Positions 14,699-24,226 of a stretch of 32,000 nucleotides of DNA are shown here, piece by piece. The translations under genes and the position numbers were made by a program. Origin of the DNA: Crocosphaera subtropica ATCC 51142 (GTDB lineage Bacteria; Cyanobacteriota; Cyanobacteriia; Cyanobacteriales; Microcystaceae); contig NC_010547.1 in the NCBI RefSeq assembly GCF_000017845.1, forward strand, positions 330,001 to 362,000, read 5' to 3'. Each line of letters opens with the position of its first letter. The stretch's first letter is position 1. The notes beneath the pieces are model-generated. The model was not told the origin of the DNA. It was given only the letters and a program-made list of their open reading frames with translations, and did not search any database.

Positions 14699-14862
14699 TC
14701 ATTAATGATGATGTTCCTACCTTTAGAACGAAAAAGTTACTCTAGTTTAGGATATCATTATGATTAAAATTTATCTAATCAACAAGAAATGGTTTTTATT
14801 AAATAATAAATTTACATTTTGTTGATTTAATAATTAGCTCTTGTTGGCATAACGATTGTCCC

Positions 14863-15273
14863 ATGAAAATTATTGTATTTACATTTTTAACTTTTTTGCT
14901 GAGTCAAAACCCCCTATTAGCCAAAGAACGACGATGTGGCTGGTTATTTAACCCAACTCCTAGTAATTGGTGGTTAATTGATGCTAACGATCAGTGGGTT
15001 CTTAGTTTACAAGGTAGTCATCAAGCAACAGGAGTACATATTCGTAATTTCGAGTCAGATGAATGGATGTATGCTTATCCTGGCGGTTCACCCAGTTATG
15101 GTTACGGTTGCGCTTGTCTTGATGTTATCGTAGATTATCAAACTAAGTATATTCTATCAGTTGAGAATGGCTTTTATCAAAAATTAGATGTTTGTAAAAC
15201 TGATCCTCATTTGCCTCCTCCTCCGTTTGAAAATCCATCACAATTAAAATATTTATCGATCAAAGAATACTAA
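14863..15273 (+). CDS. DUF4087-like secreted protein
   Basis: Signal peptide followed by RRCGWLFNPTPSNWWLIDANDQWVLSLQG, the pattern I recall for DUF4087. Confidence 0.55.
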   Translation: MKIIVFTFLTFLLSQNPLLAKERRCGWLFNPTPSNWWLIDANDQWVLSLQGSHQATGVHIRNFESDEWMYAYPGGSPSYGYGCACLDVIVDYQTKYILSVENGFYQKLDVCKTDPHLPPPPFENPSQLKYLSIKEY

Positions 15274-15860
15274 TGAAACAACTTAACCTATTTAATAATA
15301 ACTCATCTTCTCTGACTCCCAAAAAAGAAAATCTCATTATGGATAGAGAAGCGTTAATAAAATGGAAAAAGAGAATATTTAAGTATCAAGAAAGTCTAAA
15401 AAATACTCAACCTCAACAACAAACTTTATTCGAGATGCCTAAAACTTCATGGCATACAGTTGATGATATTAAGCCCTTTGAGTTACCAATCCACAACTGC
15501 TTATTTTGGAGAATGCCAGAACCTAAGAGTCAGTTTACTGATGAAAGTAATAAAGGTTATCTATATTTTATAATTGATAATACTTTACCTATTTTATTAT
15601 ATTGCGGAGAGACTCGACTAACTGTAAATAAGCGGTGGTCTGGAGTTCATGACTGTAAAGATTATATCAGAAATTATATTCAATTACATCGTATTCATAA
15701 GGTTGATGTTGGAGTTGTTTCTGCCTTTTGGGAACATATTCCCCCAGATAAGAAAGTATTGTTAGAATGGGAAAGGCAATTAATACTAAAATATAGAAGT
15801 CCTTTTAATAAGGAAAATTGGAAATATTGGGGGCAACCGTTTCAGAAAGAATGGAAATAA
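15273..15860 (+). CDS. Hypothetical protein with a weak GIY-YIG-like motif
   Basis: TAATG stop/start overlap with the previous gene. KGYLYFIIDNTLPILLYCGETRLTVNKRW resembles GIY...YIG. Confidence 0.5.
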   Translation: MKQLNLFNNNSSSLTPKKENLIMDREALIKWKKRIFKYQESLKNTQPQQQTLFEMPKTSWHTVDDIKPFELPIHNCLFWRMPEPKSQFTDESNKGYLYFIIDNTLPILLYCGETRLTVNKRWSGVHDCKDYIRNYIQLHRIHKVDVGVVSAFWEHIPPDKKVLLEWERQLILKYRSPFNKENWKYWGQPFQKEWK

Positions 15861-15889
15861 ATAAGAATCAAATTTTAGGATAAAAGAAA

Positions 15890-16285
15890 ATGAACTTAAC
15901 ACAATTGTCCGAAACCACCCTTTCTAAAATCAAAACCGTTCGTTGGGATAGGATTATCGAGAAGCATGAAGGCCCTGAAGATTGGGAGTCAGTGTTTCGG
16001 TACTCATCCCCTGAATTTATGGAGATTGAAGGGCGTTGGGTATTACTCCCAGTAGAAAGTTCAAGCCATGCTAACATCACCATTCTACGGACGATTTGGA
16101 GCGAAAATGGTAATTCAGTAACGCTCTTTCTCAAAGATACTACTTACGACGATGATCCTTTCTTCTCTGGTTTTTTGGCTGTCTGTGATCGCTTGATTGG
16201 AGAAGACTTTTATCTAGCGGTTGTTTACCATGAATGGTTCATTATTAGACATCTCCAAGAATCCATAACCCAGTTACAGCAATGA
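15890..16285 (+). CDS. Hypothetical protein whose 3' end is replaced by IS copy 2
   Basis: From 16247 the reading frame runs through IS sequence (RHLQESITQLQQ*). Removing 16248..17446 restores ...EWFIIIDNRLTTH* ending at 17472. Confidence 0.55.
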   Translation: MNLTQLSETTLSKIKTVRWDRIIEKHEGPEDWESVFRYSSPEFMEIEGRWVLLPVESSSHANITILRTIWSENGNSVTLFLKDTTYDDDPFFSGFLAVCDRLIGEDFYLAVVYHEWFIIRHLQESITQLQQ

Positions 16286-16331
16286 AAACAGGCAGATTAA
16301 ACTTGAAGTCAAAATTAGCCTTCAGAACGAA

Positions 16332-17376
16332 TTAATAAGGGGTTGAAGGAATTAACTCTAATTTGGACATAAAACTATGGCTCATTATAACGTCAATTAC
16401 CTCTCCAGATTGGGAGGATTCTATTATTTTCAAAATCAAGGAACTAATTCTCAACCGAACTAATCCACAAACGGTTAACAAAACCGATTTATATCGACTC
16501 TTATGTAAGCGAAATCTTTCTTGAACTACTTTAAATACTTTGACAACTCGAATTAAATGCTCAACAAAAATCCGATTAGATGATAAAGCTTTATTTTCTT
16601 TTATTTGAGCTTCAGTTAATTCTCTTTTCTTAGTTTTTTTATGCGGAGTGATAATTTGAGTCTCTCCAATGTAGGCTTTATCAGCACTAAAAGTTTGGTT
16701 TATCTTGAATTTATTTAAAGTTTGCCGACAGATGTTAATGTCACTTGTCGGCCCAGGTTTTCCAATTACTACATCAATAATATCTTCAGCTTTTGGCAAG
16801 ACAACGAATTGACTTTTTAAAGTATGTCTTTTCTGCTTACCCTGTCTCTTGGTGCGCGTTCCCTAGGCGATTACGAATCGCCGGGGTCGCACCGCAATAA
16901 TATTTTTTTTGTTCTTGATAATCTGAAGGTCTTTCAATAGCCTGTTCTGCGCTGTCTACAATCAATTCATAATCAGTTAACATTTCAAGAACTATTTCTT
17001 TTTCTTCTTGAAACTTTTTTATTTGTTCTAATAAACTTGGTGGTAACTCTCCTTCAAAAAGTGTTTGCCAATAAGTAAAAATATTATGAGCCGTTGACTC
17101 ACTTACTTGAAAAAGTAGTCCTAAGAGTTGAAAACTTATATTATGTCTTAAATAAACTAACGTTAGAACAATTTGTTCTTCTTCTGCTAATAAAGATGGA
17201 CTTCCCGCACCAGGTTGATTAATTCTAATTTTTGTTTTTTCGTTCTCTTCTTTTTTTTTCTGATGAAGAAGCTTCCCTAGAGCAATCAATTGTTCCAATT
17301 GATTGTCATCAATTCCTAATAATCTTTTGGTTTGTTTAGGATATTTTTTTAGATAGCTCCAAGTGTAAGTTTCCAT
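16332..17376 (-). CDS. IS transposase in two frames (16837..17376 and 16332..16841), identical to copy 1
   Basis: The ORF translations are identical to those of copy 1. Confidence 0.85.
16839..16890 (-). other. 52-nt GC-rich hairpin insertion inside the transposase ORF (copy 2)
   Basis: Same sequence as 7658..7709, shifted by 9181. Confidence 0.75.
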
Positions 17377-17477
17377 TCTTTTTTGAACTAATTATTCATT
17401 TTATTATACTATATTTCTTGATTTTATTAAATTATGGAGATGTCTATTGATAACAGATTAACAACACATTGAAATGA

Positions 17478-17831
17478 CTAACCCAAAGGAACATCAGTAA
17501 TAGGAATGTCCAAGAACGTTCCCTCTCCTGTGGGGGGATAAATACGAATGTGAGCCGTCTTAAGCCATTTGTATAATACCGTAGCTAAGGGCATTAATTG
17601 TTTTAAAATTAACCAATTTGTGACTTGCTCGTTACAAGTGATAACTAAAGTCGGCTCCTCAAAAAAGCTAGATAAATACCACCCACAATGAGAAAGCAGC
17701 TTTTGCGTTGACGGCTCGCAGTCTTGATAAAAATATTGGCTGGCCACATCATCAAGTTCTCGTCCTAAATCCCAATCTAGAAATACAGGAGGCAGAGAGT
17801 TATTTAAGGAAAAAAATTGATTTTTACTCAT
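17478..17831 (-). CDS. Hypothetical protein
   Basis: The ATG at 17831 (MSKNQFF...) is preceded by GAAGGA. The track start at 17855 is GTG. Confidence 0.5.
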   Translation of the reverse strand: MSKNQFFSLNNSLPPVFLDWDLGRELDDVASQYFYQDCEPSTQKLLSHCGWYLSSFFEEPTLVITCNEQVTNWLILKQLMPLATVLYKWLKTAHIRIYPPTGEGTFLDIPITDVPLG

Positions 17832-17984
17832 GTTTTTATCCTTCTTTCTTATCACCCTACTTCTTATTTTATCTAATTTAAAAAGAAAAGAAAATAAAGT
17901 TAACCAGACTTTACCATTAGAAATAGCTCTTTTCTCGGAGAAGAGTCATAATAAAGGTAGAGAAATAAGTAGGGGAAAATAGCT

Positions 17985-18566
17985 ATGAATACCCTGTTAA
18001 CAAATAAAGCCTCTCCTCTCGATTTAGATTGTCTAAAAAAAGCCAAAGTCATTATTCGTAAAGCGACCCTTGATGATCTTCAACAAATTTATCAACTTTA
18101 TAAAACAGTAGCTCAAGACTGTCCAGGCAATTTAACTCAAGAAGACTCAGAAATTAGTTGCTCTTATGTTAAGCAAGAAGTCAGCCAAGGATTAACAAGA
18201 GGACTCATTTTAGTCGTAGAAAATCAGGGGACAATTATTGGTTATCTCAAAGCATTCACCTCTAAGTTTCATTGTCAAACTCATGTGTTAACTCACGCCA
18301 CGATGATGATACATCCTTTATGGCAAAATCAAGGGTATGGAGGGAAACTACTTGACAGTTATCTCGAAGAAATAAAACAAAATATGCCGTGGATTCTCCG
18401 CTTTGAATTATTACCTCATCAAAGTAATACTAAAGCCATTCGCTTCTATACAAGACATGGATTTATCATTGAAAGTTTAGCGCACCAAAAAATTAGAAAT
18501 CGAAGAAGAAATTTTGAAGATGAAGTCACAATGGTTTGGTTTAATCCTAATTTTACCAATCATTGA
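17985..18566 (+). CDS. GNAT-family N-acetyltransferase
   Basis: IIRKATLDDLQQIYQLY and the acetyl-CoA motif A, QNQGYGGKLLDSYLEEI (Q/RxxGxG). Confidence 0.85.
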   Translation: MNTLLTNKASPLDLDCLKKAKVIIRKATLDDLQQIYQLYKTVAQDCPGNLTQEDSEISCSYVKQEVSQGLTRGLILVVENQGTIIGYLKAFTSKFHCQTHVLTHATMMIHPLWQNQGYGGKLLDSYLEEIKQNMPWILRFELLPHQSNTKAIRFYTRHGFIIESLAHQKIRNRRRNFEDEVTMVWFNPNFTNH

Positions 18567-19318
18567 GAACGTCTCCAATCCCACGGGGGTATAGGATTCC
18601 CTGCCCATATTCCCCGTTTCCCTTGCTGTGCTTGTTGTTGAGCTTGTGCGATCGCATTCCATGAAGGACAATCCGACTTATATTTGTCATTCCCCCAAAC
18701 CATCCCATCTTGTACTTGTCGAAGTTGTACTAATTCCCCTGCGGGTGTATATAATTCAGCAACAGTACGACCATAGCGGTCATTAGTAATGGCGTTAACC
18801 TTGACTTGATTACCTGAGTTATTAAGTAGCGATCGCAAATGGTCACGGGCTTCTATTCCCCCTGCTTGCTTGGCTTCCGGTGCGTCTATGCAAGCAAAGC
18901 GGATCTTAATTTCTTGGCCATTACACAAAACCCGTAAAGTATCTCCATCATAGACACTTCCTGCTTTGACCGAACAAGTGGGAAGGTTAGCAACTAATGA
19001 GTTATTAATGACGGCTGGTGGTGACGGTAATGGTTGAGAATTGTTAGCGATCGCCTGACGTGGTAAAGATTCACAAGCAATGCCATCAGAATTACTATCA
19101 AGTCGATGAGGGTCATTCTTGAAGGCATTGAAGACGGCCTGTGCTTCTTGTTGGGTAGCAAAGTCTGAGCAATCACAATCTGAATTGACACAGTTGGGTA
19201 ATGCAGTTTCAGTAGGGGCTATAGAAGGAGGAGAAGGAGTGATGAGGGTAATCGGTTCACGCTGTGAGAAACAGCTTGATAAAGCCAAAGCAATGAAAGT
19301 GAGAGCTAGTTTTCTCAT
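18560..19318 (-). CDS. Secreted lipoprotein: Excalibur Ca-binding domain plus staphylococcal-nuclease (thermonuclease) domain
   Basis: Lipobox LALSSC. CSDFATQQEAQAVF...LDSNSDGIACESL (Excalibur). VYDGDTLRV...IRFACIDAPE...NDRYGRTVAEL (SNase). Confidence 0.85.
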   Translation of the reverse strand: MRKLALTFIALALSSCFSQREPITLITPSPPSIAPTETALPNCVNSDCDCSDFATQQEAQAVFNAFKNDPHRLDSNSDGIACESLPRQAIANNSQPLPSPPAVINNSLVANLPTCSVKAGSVYDGDTLRVLCNGQEIKIRFACIDAPEAKQAGGIEARDHLRSLLNNSGNQVKVNAITNDRYGRTVAELYTPAGELVQLRQVQDGMVWGNDKYKSDCPSWNAIAQAQQQAQQGKRGIWAGNPIPPWDWRRSQ

Positions 19319-19506
19319 GGGTTAACTGGGACTTTAGGGTTATTATGCCCAGTTTTTTGATAAGTTCTTTTAAGTTGCAGATTTAGTGACTTAATGATTT
19401 TCATCTTAAGAAATTAATTCTTATGAGTTTTAATCAAGGATATCCAAAACATTATTTAATTCAATTTGTTTTGAGGGTAAATTAAGAGAATAACCTAATT
19501 GTATTG

Positions 19507-20868
19507 CCAGGGTAAGCTCATCTAAAATGGTATAAAATGTACTTGACTAAGAAAGTAAAGTCTAGGTGAGGCAAAAAGGGACTTAAAATAAAAAAACAAA
19601 GTACAATTAGGACTTTCGTAATTATGGAATCAGAACATGGCCAAGGGGTTTGCAGACCAAAAACAATCTAGTAAGAAAAAAAAGGAAAAGGGAAATATAG
19701 CATCTATTGATGAAATCCAAAACAATTTATTAGGCTATGTCAAAGAAATAGAAGATCCTAGAGTACAAAGAAGCAAAAAACACCTCCTTAAAGATGTATT
19801 GGCGATCGCTATATTGGCAGTCATTGCAGGGTCCCAAGGTTGGGAAGATATGGAGAACTATGGTATCGCAAAACAGGAGTGGTTATCAGAGTTTCTAGAA
19901 CTCCCTCACGGAATCCCGAGTGATGACACATTTAGAAGAGTTTTTGAGAGAATTGATCCAGAATCGCTGCAAAAATGCCTACAAAAATGGGTTCAATCTA
20001 TAATGAATTCAATTCAAGGAGAAATTATCCCCATCGATGGCAAAACATTAAGGGGTTCTTACGATCGCAACGCCGGACAGTGCGCTTTACATACGGTCAC
20101 AGCGTGGGCATCCCAGCAGAGTCTGGTGTTAGGACAAGTCAAAGTTGAAAACTACTCCAATGAAATTACGGCCATTCCTGCCTTACTCGAACTATTAGAC
20201 ATTACAGGCTCGATCATTACCATTGATGCAATGGGAACTCAAACCAGCATTATCCAACAAATTTGTCGGCAAAAAGCTGACTACATTGTTACTCTCAAAG
20301 CTAACCATCCTACTTTATTTTCTCAAGTCAAGCAATGGTTTACTGATACCCAAAACAATGGCTGGGATGGCATTGAACATGATTACTACAAAAGTGTAAC
20401 CAAGGGCCACCACCGCACCGAGAAACGATACGTTTGGGCTATACCAGTAGCAGCTATGGGAGAGCTTTACCAGCAACAACAATGGCATGGACTGCAAACT
20501 ATTGTCGTAGTCGAACGCATCCGTCACTTGTGGAACAAGACTACCCACGATATTCAGTTTTATCTGACCTCTTTACCTCCCAATGCCCAATTCCTTTGCC
20601 ATGCGATCCGCACCCATTGGAGCATTGAGAATAACCTTCATTGGACACTCGATGTCACTTTTTCTGAAGATCAATGCCGTATTCGGTCAGAATATAGTCC
20701 ACAGAACTTTGCTCTTCTAAGACGATTGGCTCTTAATGTTCTCCATCAAGAAAAAACATTTAAACGTAGTCTTCGCCAGAAAATGAAGCAAGCTGCTATG
20801 AACAACAACTATATGATGACTGTTCTCAATTCCTTCTGTCAAGCGGATTTTAGATGAGCTTACCCTGG
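19507..20868 (+). mobile_element. ISAs1-family insertion sequence
   Basis: Perfect 22-bp terminal inverted repeats: ccagggtaagctcatctaaaat (19507..19528) and attttagatgagcttaccctgg (20847..20868). They enclose a single transposase ORF. Confidence 0.85.
19637..20857 (+). CDS. ISAs1-family (H-repeat-associated) DDE transposase
   Basis: N-terminal DPRVQRSKKHLLKDVLAIAILAVIAGSQGWEDMENYG and C-terminal HWSIENNLHWTLDVTFSEDQCRIR are hallmark ISAs1 motifs. Confidence 0.85.
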   Translation: MAKGFADQKQSSKKKKEKGNIASIDEIQNNLLGYVKEIEDPRVQRSKKHLLKDVLAIAILAVIAGSQGWEDMENYGIAKQEWLSEFLELPHGIPSDDTFRRVFERIDPESLQKCLQKWVQSIMNSIQGEIIPIDGKTLRGSYDRNAGQCALHTVTAWASQQSLVLGQVKVENYSNEITAIPALLELLDITGSIITIDAMGTQTSIIQQICRQKADYIVTLKANHPTLFSQVKQWFTDTQNNGWDGIEHDYYKSVTKGHHRTEKRYVWAIPVAAMGELYQQQQWHGLQTIVVVERIRHLWNKTTHDIQFYLTSLPPNAQFLCHAIRTHWSIENNLHWTLDVTFSEDQCRIRSEYSPQNFALLRRLALNVLHQEKTFKRSLRQKMKQAAMNNNYMMTVLNSFCQADFR

Positions 20869-21191
20869 ATTTCTTCGGGGGGTGCGGATTCAAGATTAAG
20901 TTGTTCGTCTTGATGATGAACTAATCCGTTAGGGGGGTTATCATTAGGTGAACTGTTAACAGGTGGTTCTTCTTTTATGGTGGCAGGAGGAAACCTATCG
21001 AAACCGTCATGCTCCTTGATGTGAGTAGCAAACTGGTCAAATAATTCTATTTGTTCGTCTGAGTATAAACTACTTTGTCCTTGACGTTGAGGTTCCATGT
21101 CATATCCCAATGTTTTGAGATGATTACGCCATTGATAAAATTGGGTTTTTCCTATTTCATATCTTTTAGGTAGTGCGGAAGCTTTTAACAT
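20850..21191 (-). CDS. HTH DNA-binding protein whose 3' end is altered by the ISAs1 insertion
   Basis: N-terminal KRYEIGKTQFYQWRNHLKTLGY is HTH-like. The last 5 codons and the stop (QGKLI*) lie inside the IS right end (20850..20868). Confidence 0.5.
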   Translation of the reverse strand: MLKASALPKRYEIGKTQFYQWRNHLKTLGYDMEPQRQGQSSLYSDEQIELFDQFATHIKEHDGFDRFPPATIKEEPPVNSSPNDNPPNGLVHHQDEQLNLESAPPEEIQGKLI

Positions 21192-21344
21192 GATTATTAT
21201 TGTGAGGAGTTTTCTCTATTATGCCAACATTAAAATGAGATTAATAATAGTTTCTTAACAGTTTTTAATATTGCTACAACCTAGTGACAGAGTGCTTTAC
21301 AAGTGTTTGACATATGCTATTATTAAGAAATAAAGATTAGGTTA

Positions 21345-21560
21345 ATGTTAATGAGTAAGTCACAAATTGGGGTGAGGATTCCTAATACTCTACTGAATGA
21401 ACTTAATAGTTATGTTGAGAAAACTGGGACTAATAAAACTCAGGTAATAGTGAGTGCGATCGCTGAATATTTGGGGTGTGCTGATAATATACCATTGAGT
21501 AAAAGGGTTGCTGAATTGGAGAGAAAAATAGCTGTGTTGGAAGCTAAAGAAAAGTTATAG
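21345..21560 (+). CDS. Ribbon-helix-helix (CopG/Arc-like) DNA-binding protein
   Basis: SQIGVRIPNTLLNELNSYVEKTGTNKTQVIVSAIAEYL is a typical RHH pattern, followed by a short coiled coil. Confidence 0.7.
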   Translation: MLMSKSQIGVRIPNTLLNELNSYVEKTGTNKTQVIVSAIAEYLGCADNIPLSKRVAELERKIAVLEAKEKL

Positions 21561-21593
21561 TTAGGGGGGTTAAACAGAAATCACAAAAAAACC

Positions 21594-22097
21594 ATGAAGA
21601 AAAAATCACAGTTTGGTAGTCTTTCTCCTCAATTTGGTTTTATGCTTAATCCTTACCCTGACCAAAGGATTTCCCGTTGTCCTTTGTGTGAGAAAAAAAC
21701 AAGACAACGTAAAAAACCGCTATTAATTCATGTTGATCTAAATCAATTGGTTGCTCTAAACTATACTTGTCGTTATTGTTTAGATTGTGATTTGTTGATT
21801 GGTCACAAGCACGAAATTGAGCATTTACTAACAGAGTGGTTTCGCCAAGATGCGCCAGAAATTATTGGTAATAACTATCTAATTCTTGGTACAGTAGATA
21901 AGAAAAGATGGCGAGAAGGATTAGAGAAGTCTCTTCCCATAGATAAGATACGTGAGTATGTAAGTGATTTTGAATCTTATTATGAAGAACTGCGATTCAC
22001 TCGACCTGGTTATTATTTACCTGACCAAGAACCACCAATTATGGAACCGCCACTTTCACAAGAATGGATAAAAAATAAAAGGGTATTCTTTCCGTAA
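21594..22097 (+). CDS. Hypothetical protein with a Cys4 zinc-ribbon-like motif
   Basis: CPLC...CRYCLDC in the N-terminal half; 167-aa ORF. Confidence 0.5.
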   Translation: MKKKSQFGSLSPQFGFMLNPYPDQRISRCPLCEKKTRQRKKPLLIHVDLNQLVALNYTCRYCLDCDLLIGHKHEIEHLLTEWFRQDAPEIIGNNYLILGTVDKKRWREGLEKSLPIDKIREYVSDFESYYEELRFTRPGYYLPDQEPPIMEPPLSQEWIKNKRVFFP

Positions 22098-22107
22098 ATT
22101 ATCATAA

Positions 22108-22788
22108 TTATAACCCCAATAGACTCCCAAGCTTTCTAACACTTTCCTGTTGATTAATTAGCGATTGATTTAATAACAATTGTAACTTTTCTTGTTTCTC
22201 AATACTAGCTAAATAGGACTCTGTTGAACTACCACCAAACCGATAATCAATCTCAACCACGTTACTTAATATACTCTGATTTTCGACTTGAGTTAATAAT
22301 ACCTGTTGTTGTCTACTTTCCCGTTCATAACTTAATACTAAGGTTAAGATTTCTGCCTTTAAAGTCCCTTCAACTTCTGCTTTTCTTCTCGTTAAGTCTG
22401 CCCCATAAGCTTCTAATTGAGACTTCTTAATTTCTAGGTCAGTAATAGCAATTTCTGAGCGTTGATAATTACCACCGCCAAAGATATTCTGTATGAATCC
22501 TACGGGGTTAGTCATAGGATTTTCAAGCAGGTTTACCCATTGATTAGAACGAGTATAATCAATGCGATCGCTTAACAATTCATCCCTGTCTCCTAACATC
22601 CCAATTTGACCATTAAGTGCCTCTATTTCTAAGGAATTATTAACCGCTAATTCCGTTAGTTGATCAACACATTTAGCACTACTATCAAGACAAGGTAAGT
22701 TATTACTCAGTGTTTGACTCTTCACTAACTGAGGGTTCATGAACATCGAGAGTAACGGTAACATTAAGAGTATGGTCAGTTTGCCCAT
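22108..22788 (-). CDS. Secreted coiled-coil protein resembling half of a TolC/OEP outer-membrane factor
   Basis: Candidate signal peptide MGKLTILLMLPLLSMF (start at 22788; the ORF is open to 22881). The C-terminal DYRFGGSSTESYLASIEKQEKLQLLLNQSLINQQESVRKLGSLLG resembles the OEP repeat end motif. It overlaps the upstream gene by at least 38 nt whichever ATG is used. Confidence 0.4.
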   Translation of the reverse strand: MGKLTILLMLPLLSMFMNPQLVKSQTLSNNLPCLDSSAKCVDQLTELAVNNSLEIEALNGQIGMLGDRDELLSDRIDYTRSNQWVNLLENPMTNPVGFIQNIFGGGNYQRSEIAITDLEIKKSQLEAYGADLTRRKAEVEGTLKAEILTLVLSYERESRQQQVLLTQVENQSILSNVVEIDYRFGGSSTESYLASIEKQEKLQLLLNQSLINQQESVRKLGSLLGL

Positions 22789-24226
22789 CCCATTTAACTT
22801 TTTTAACGGTTCCATTGTAAGGTATTTTAACGGTTGAAAGTTGGTTAATTGCATTGTCAATTTCAATAAGTTTGGCTTCAATTTGAGTTTTACTGTATTC
22901 TTGCTCTTGTAATTGTCCGGCTCTGATGGTGCGTTGTCGTTCTAATTCTAAGCTTTGTTGTTGGAGTGCGAGCGCCCGTCTATTATTCTCAAGATAAAGT
23001 TGATGTTCTGCATATCTGCGTTGCTCTTTTGCCGTCTCTAACTGACTTTTAGCTACTTGCAATTCTTGTTCAGCTTTGGCTTGATTTCCTTTTAATTGGT
23101 TAAGTATTACCGTTTCATGTTCAATAATAGCTTTCAGTTTACTATTATAATTAGTGGGTTGATTGTTAGATTGTGAAGTTTGATTATTACTGACTATCTC
23201 AGGATTTTGAGATTGATTAGAAACTTGAATCTTTTGATTAGAATCTATATCAATGGTTAATGTTTTCTGATTATAATTAATCGGTTTAGCATTGGCATCA
23301 ACATAATTGAGTTGAGGTAATGGTAATTGATTAGCTTCGTTGACTCTTTCTCCATTAAGTAACGATTGGCTATTAATTGATGAGCGATGACCGACCCCTG
23401 ACAATTGACTTAAACTCTCTATTTTTTGTTGTTGGTTACTAACTGCTTGTACAGCTTCATTTAATTGTTGTTCTTTAAGGTTAATATTGGCCTGTTCTTG
23501 CTGATAAGAAATCGGAGGTAAATTAGGCAGTTTAGCGATAGTTGAGGGTGCTTGTATATTAGGAATAGGAATGGTAAGCTTTTTAAGAGATAATTCGAGT
23601 TGCTTTCGTTGATTGAGTAATCGCTGTCTTTCGGTTGTGCGATCGCTAATTATTTGTCCTTTAACAACTTCATCTCCTGGTTTAACTTTCAAGTCAGAAG
23701 GATCAGTAATAGTAAGATTAATTTTGATGCGGTTGGGTTCAACTGATTTAGGTTTAGGTTGATAATCAAAGAGAGGAGTGGTTAACGTAGTCGGAGGTTC
23801 AGCAACCGCTAATTTAACTGTTGAATCTTGAGGCGTTAAACTAAAATTAGCAACTAACAAAGTAGCGGTTAACCCAATAATATTACCGACTTTCTTTAAC
23901 CATTTAGGAATAGTAACCTGAGACTCACTTTCATTAGTTAATAATGATTCATATTCAACAATAATAGGTAATTCTTGTACTTCCTTTTGAGCATTGATTA
24001 CTGGTAACTGCTCACTAAGGACTGATTTTTCGGTTTTCCATTTGCTGATTAATTTTCGTGAGCATCCTTTACCCGTCTGTTGCTTTACCCATTCCATTAA
24101 CTGGGAGTATGAGTAATCATCAGGAGCTTTGTCTAATGCCATGTACACGGCAATGGTACGCCTCCAGTGTGGTTTACCTTCTAAATGACTATATTTATTC
24201 TTATTCAGAACATTAGAACTAACCAT
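22703..24226 (-). CDS. HTH - TM - HlyD/membrane-fusion-like (lipoyl and coiled-coil) fusion protein
   Basis: N-terminal HTH-like YSQLMEWVKQQTGKGCSRKLISKWK. TM segment IIGLTATLLVANFSL. LKVKPGDEVVKGQIISD lipoyl-type motif. Long Q-rich coiled coils. IPYNGTVKKVKW beta-barrel end. Confidence 0.55.
   Translation of the reverse strand: MVSSNVLNKNKYSHLEGKPHWRRTIAVYMALDKAPDDYSYSQLMEWVKQQTGKGCSRKLISKWKTEKSVLSEQLPVINAQKEVQELPIIVEYESLLTNESESQVTIPKWLKKVGNIIGLTATLLVANFSLTPQDSTVKLAVAEPPTTLTTPLFDYQPKPKSVEPNRIKINLTITDPSDLKVKPGDEVVKGQIISDRTTERQRLLNQRKQLELSLKKLTIPIPNIQAPSTIAKLPNLPPISYQQEQANINLKEQQLNEAVQAVSNQQQKIESLSQLSGVGHRSSINSQSLLNGERVNEANQLPLPQLNYVDANAKPINYNQKTLTIDIDSNQKIQVSNQSQNPEIVSNNQTSQSNNQPTNYNSKLKAIIEHETVILNQLKGNQAKAEQELQVAKSQLETAKEQRRYAEHQLYLENNRRALALQQQSLELERQRTIRAGQLQEQEYSKTQIEAKLIEIDNAINQLSTVKIPYNGTVKKVKWDGQTDHTLNVTVTLDVHEPSVSEESNTE

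Larger units (their letters stand above)
16246..17446 (-). mobile_element. IS5/Harbinger-type (DDE_Tnp_4) insertion sequence, copy 2
   Basis: Same termini and TA flanks as copy 1; same orientation. Confidence 0.9.

Noticed and set aside
7065-17446. The two identical IS copies and the 8 kb between them acting as a composite transposon
   Set aside because: Each copy has its own TA flanks, and each interrupted gene is completed immediately on the other side of the same copy. These are two independent insertions, not one composite event.
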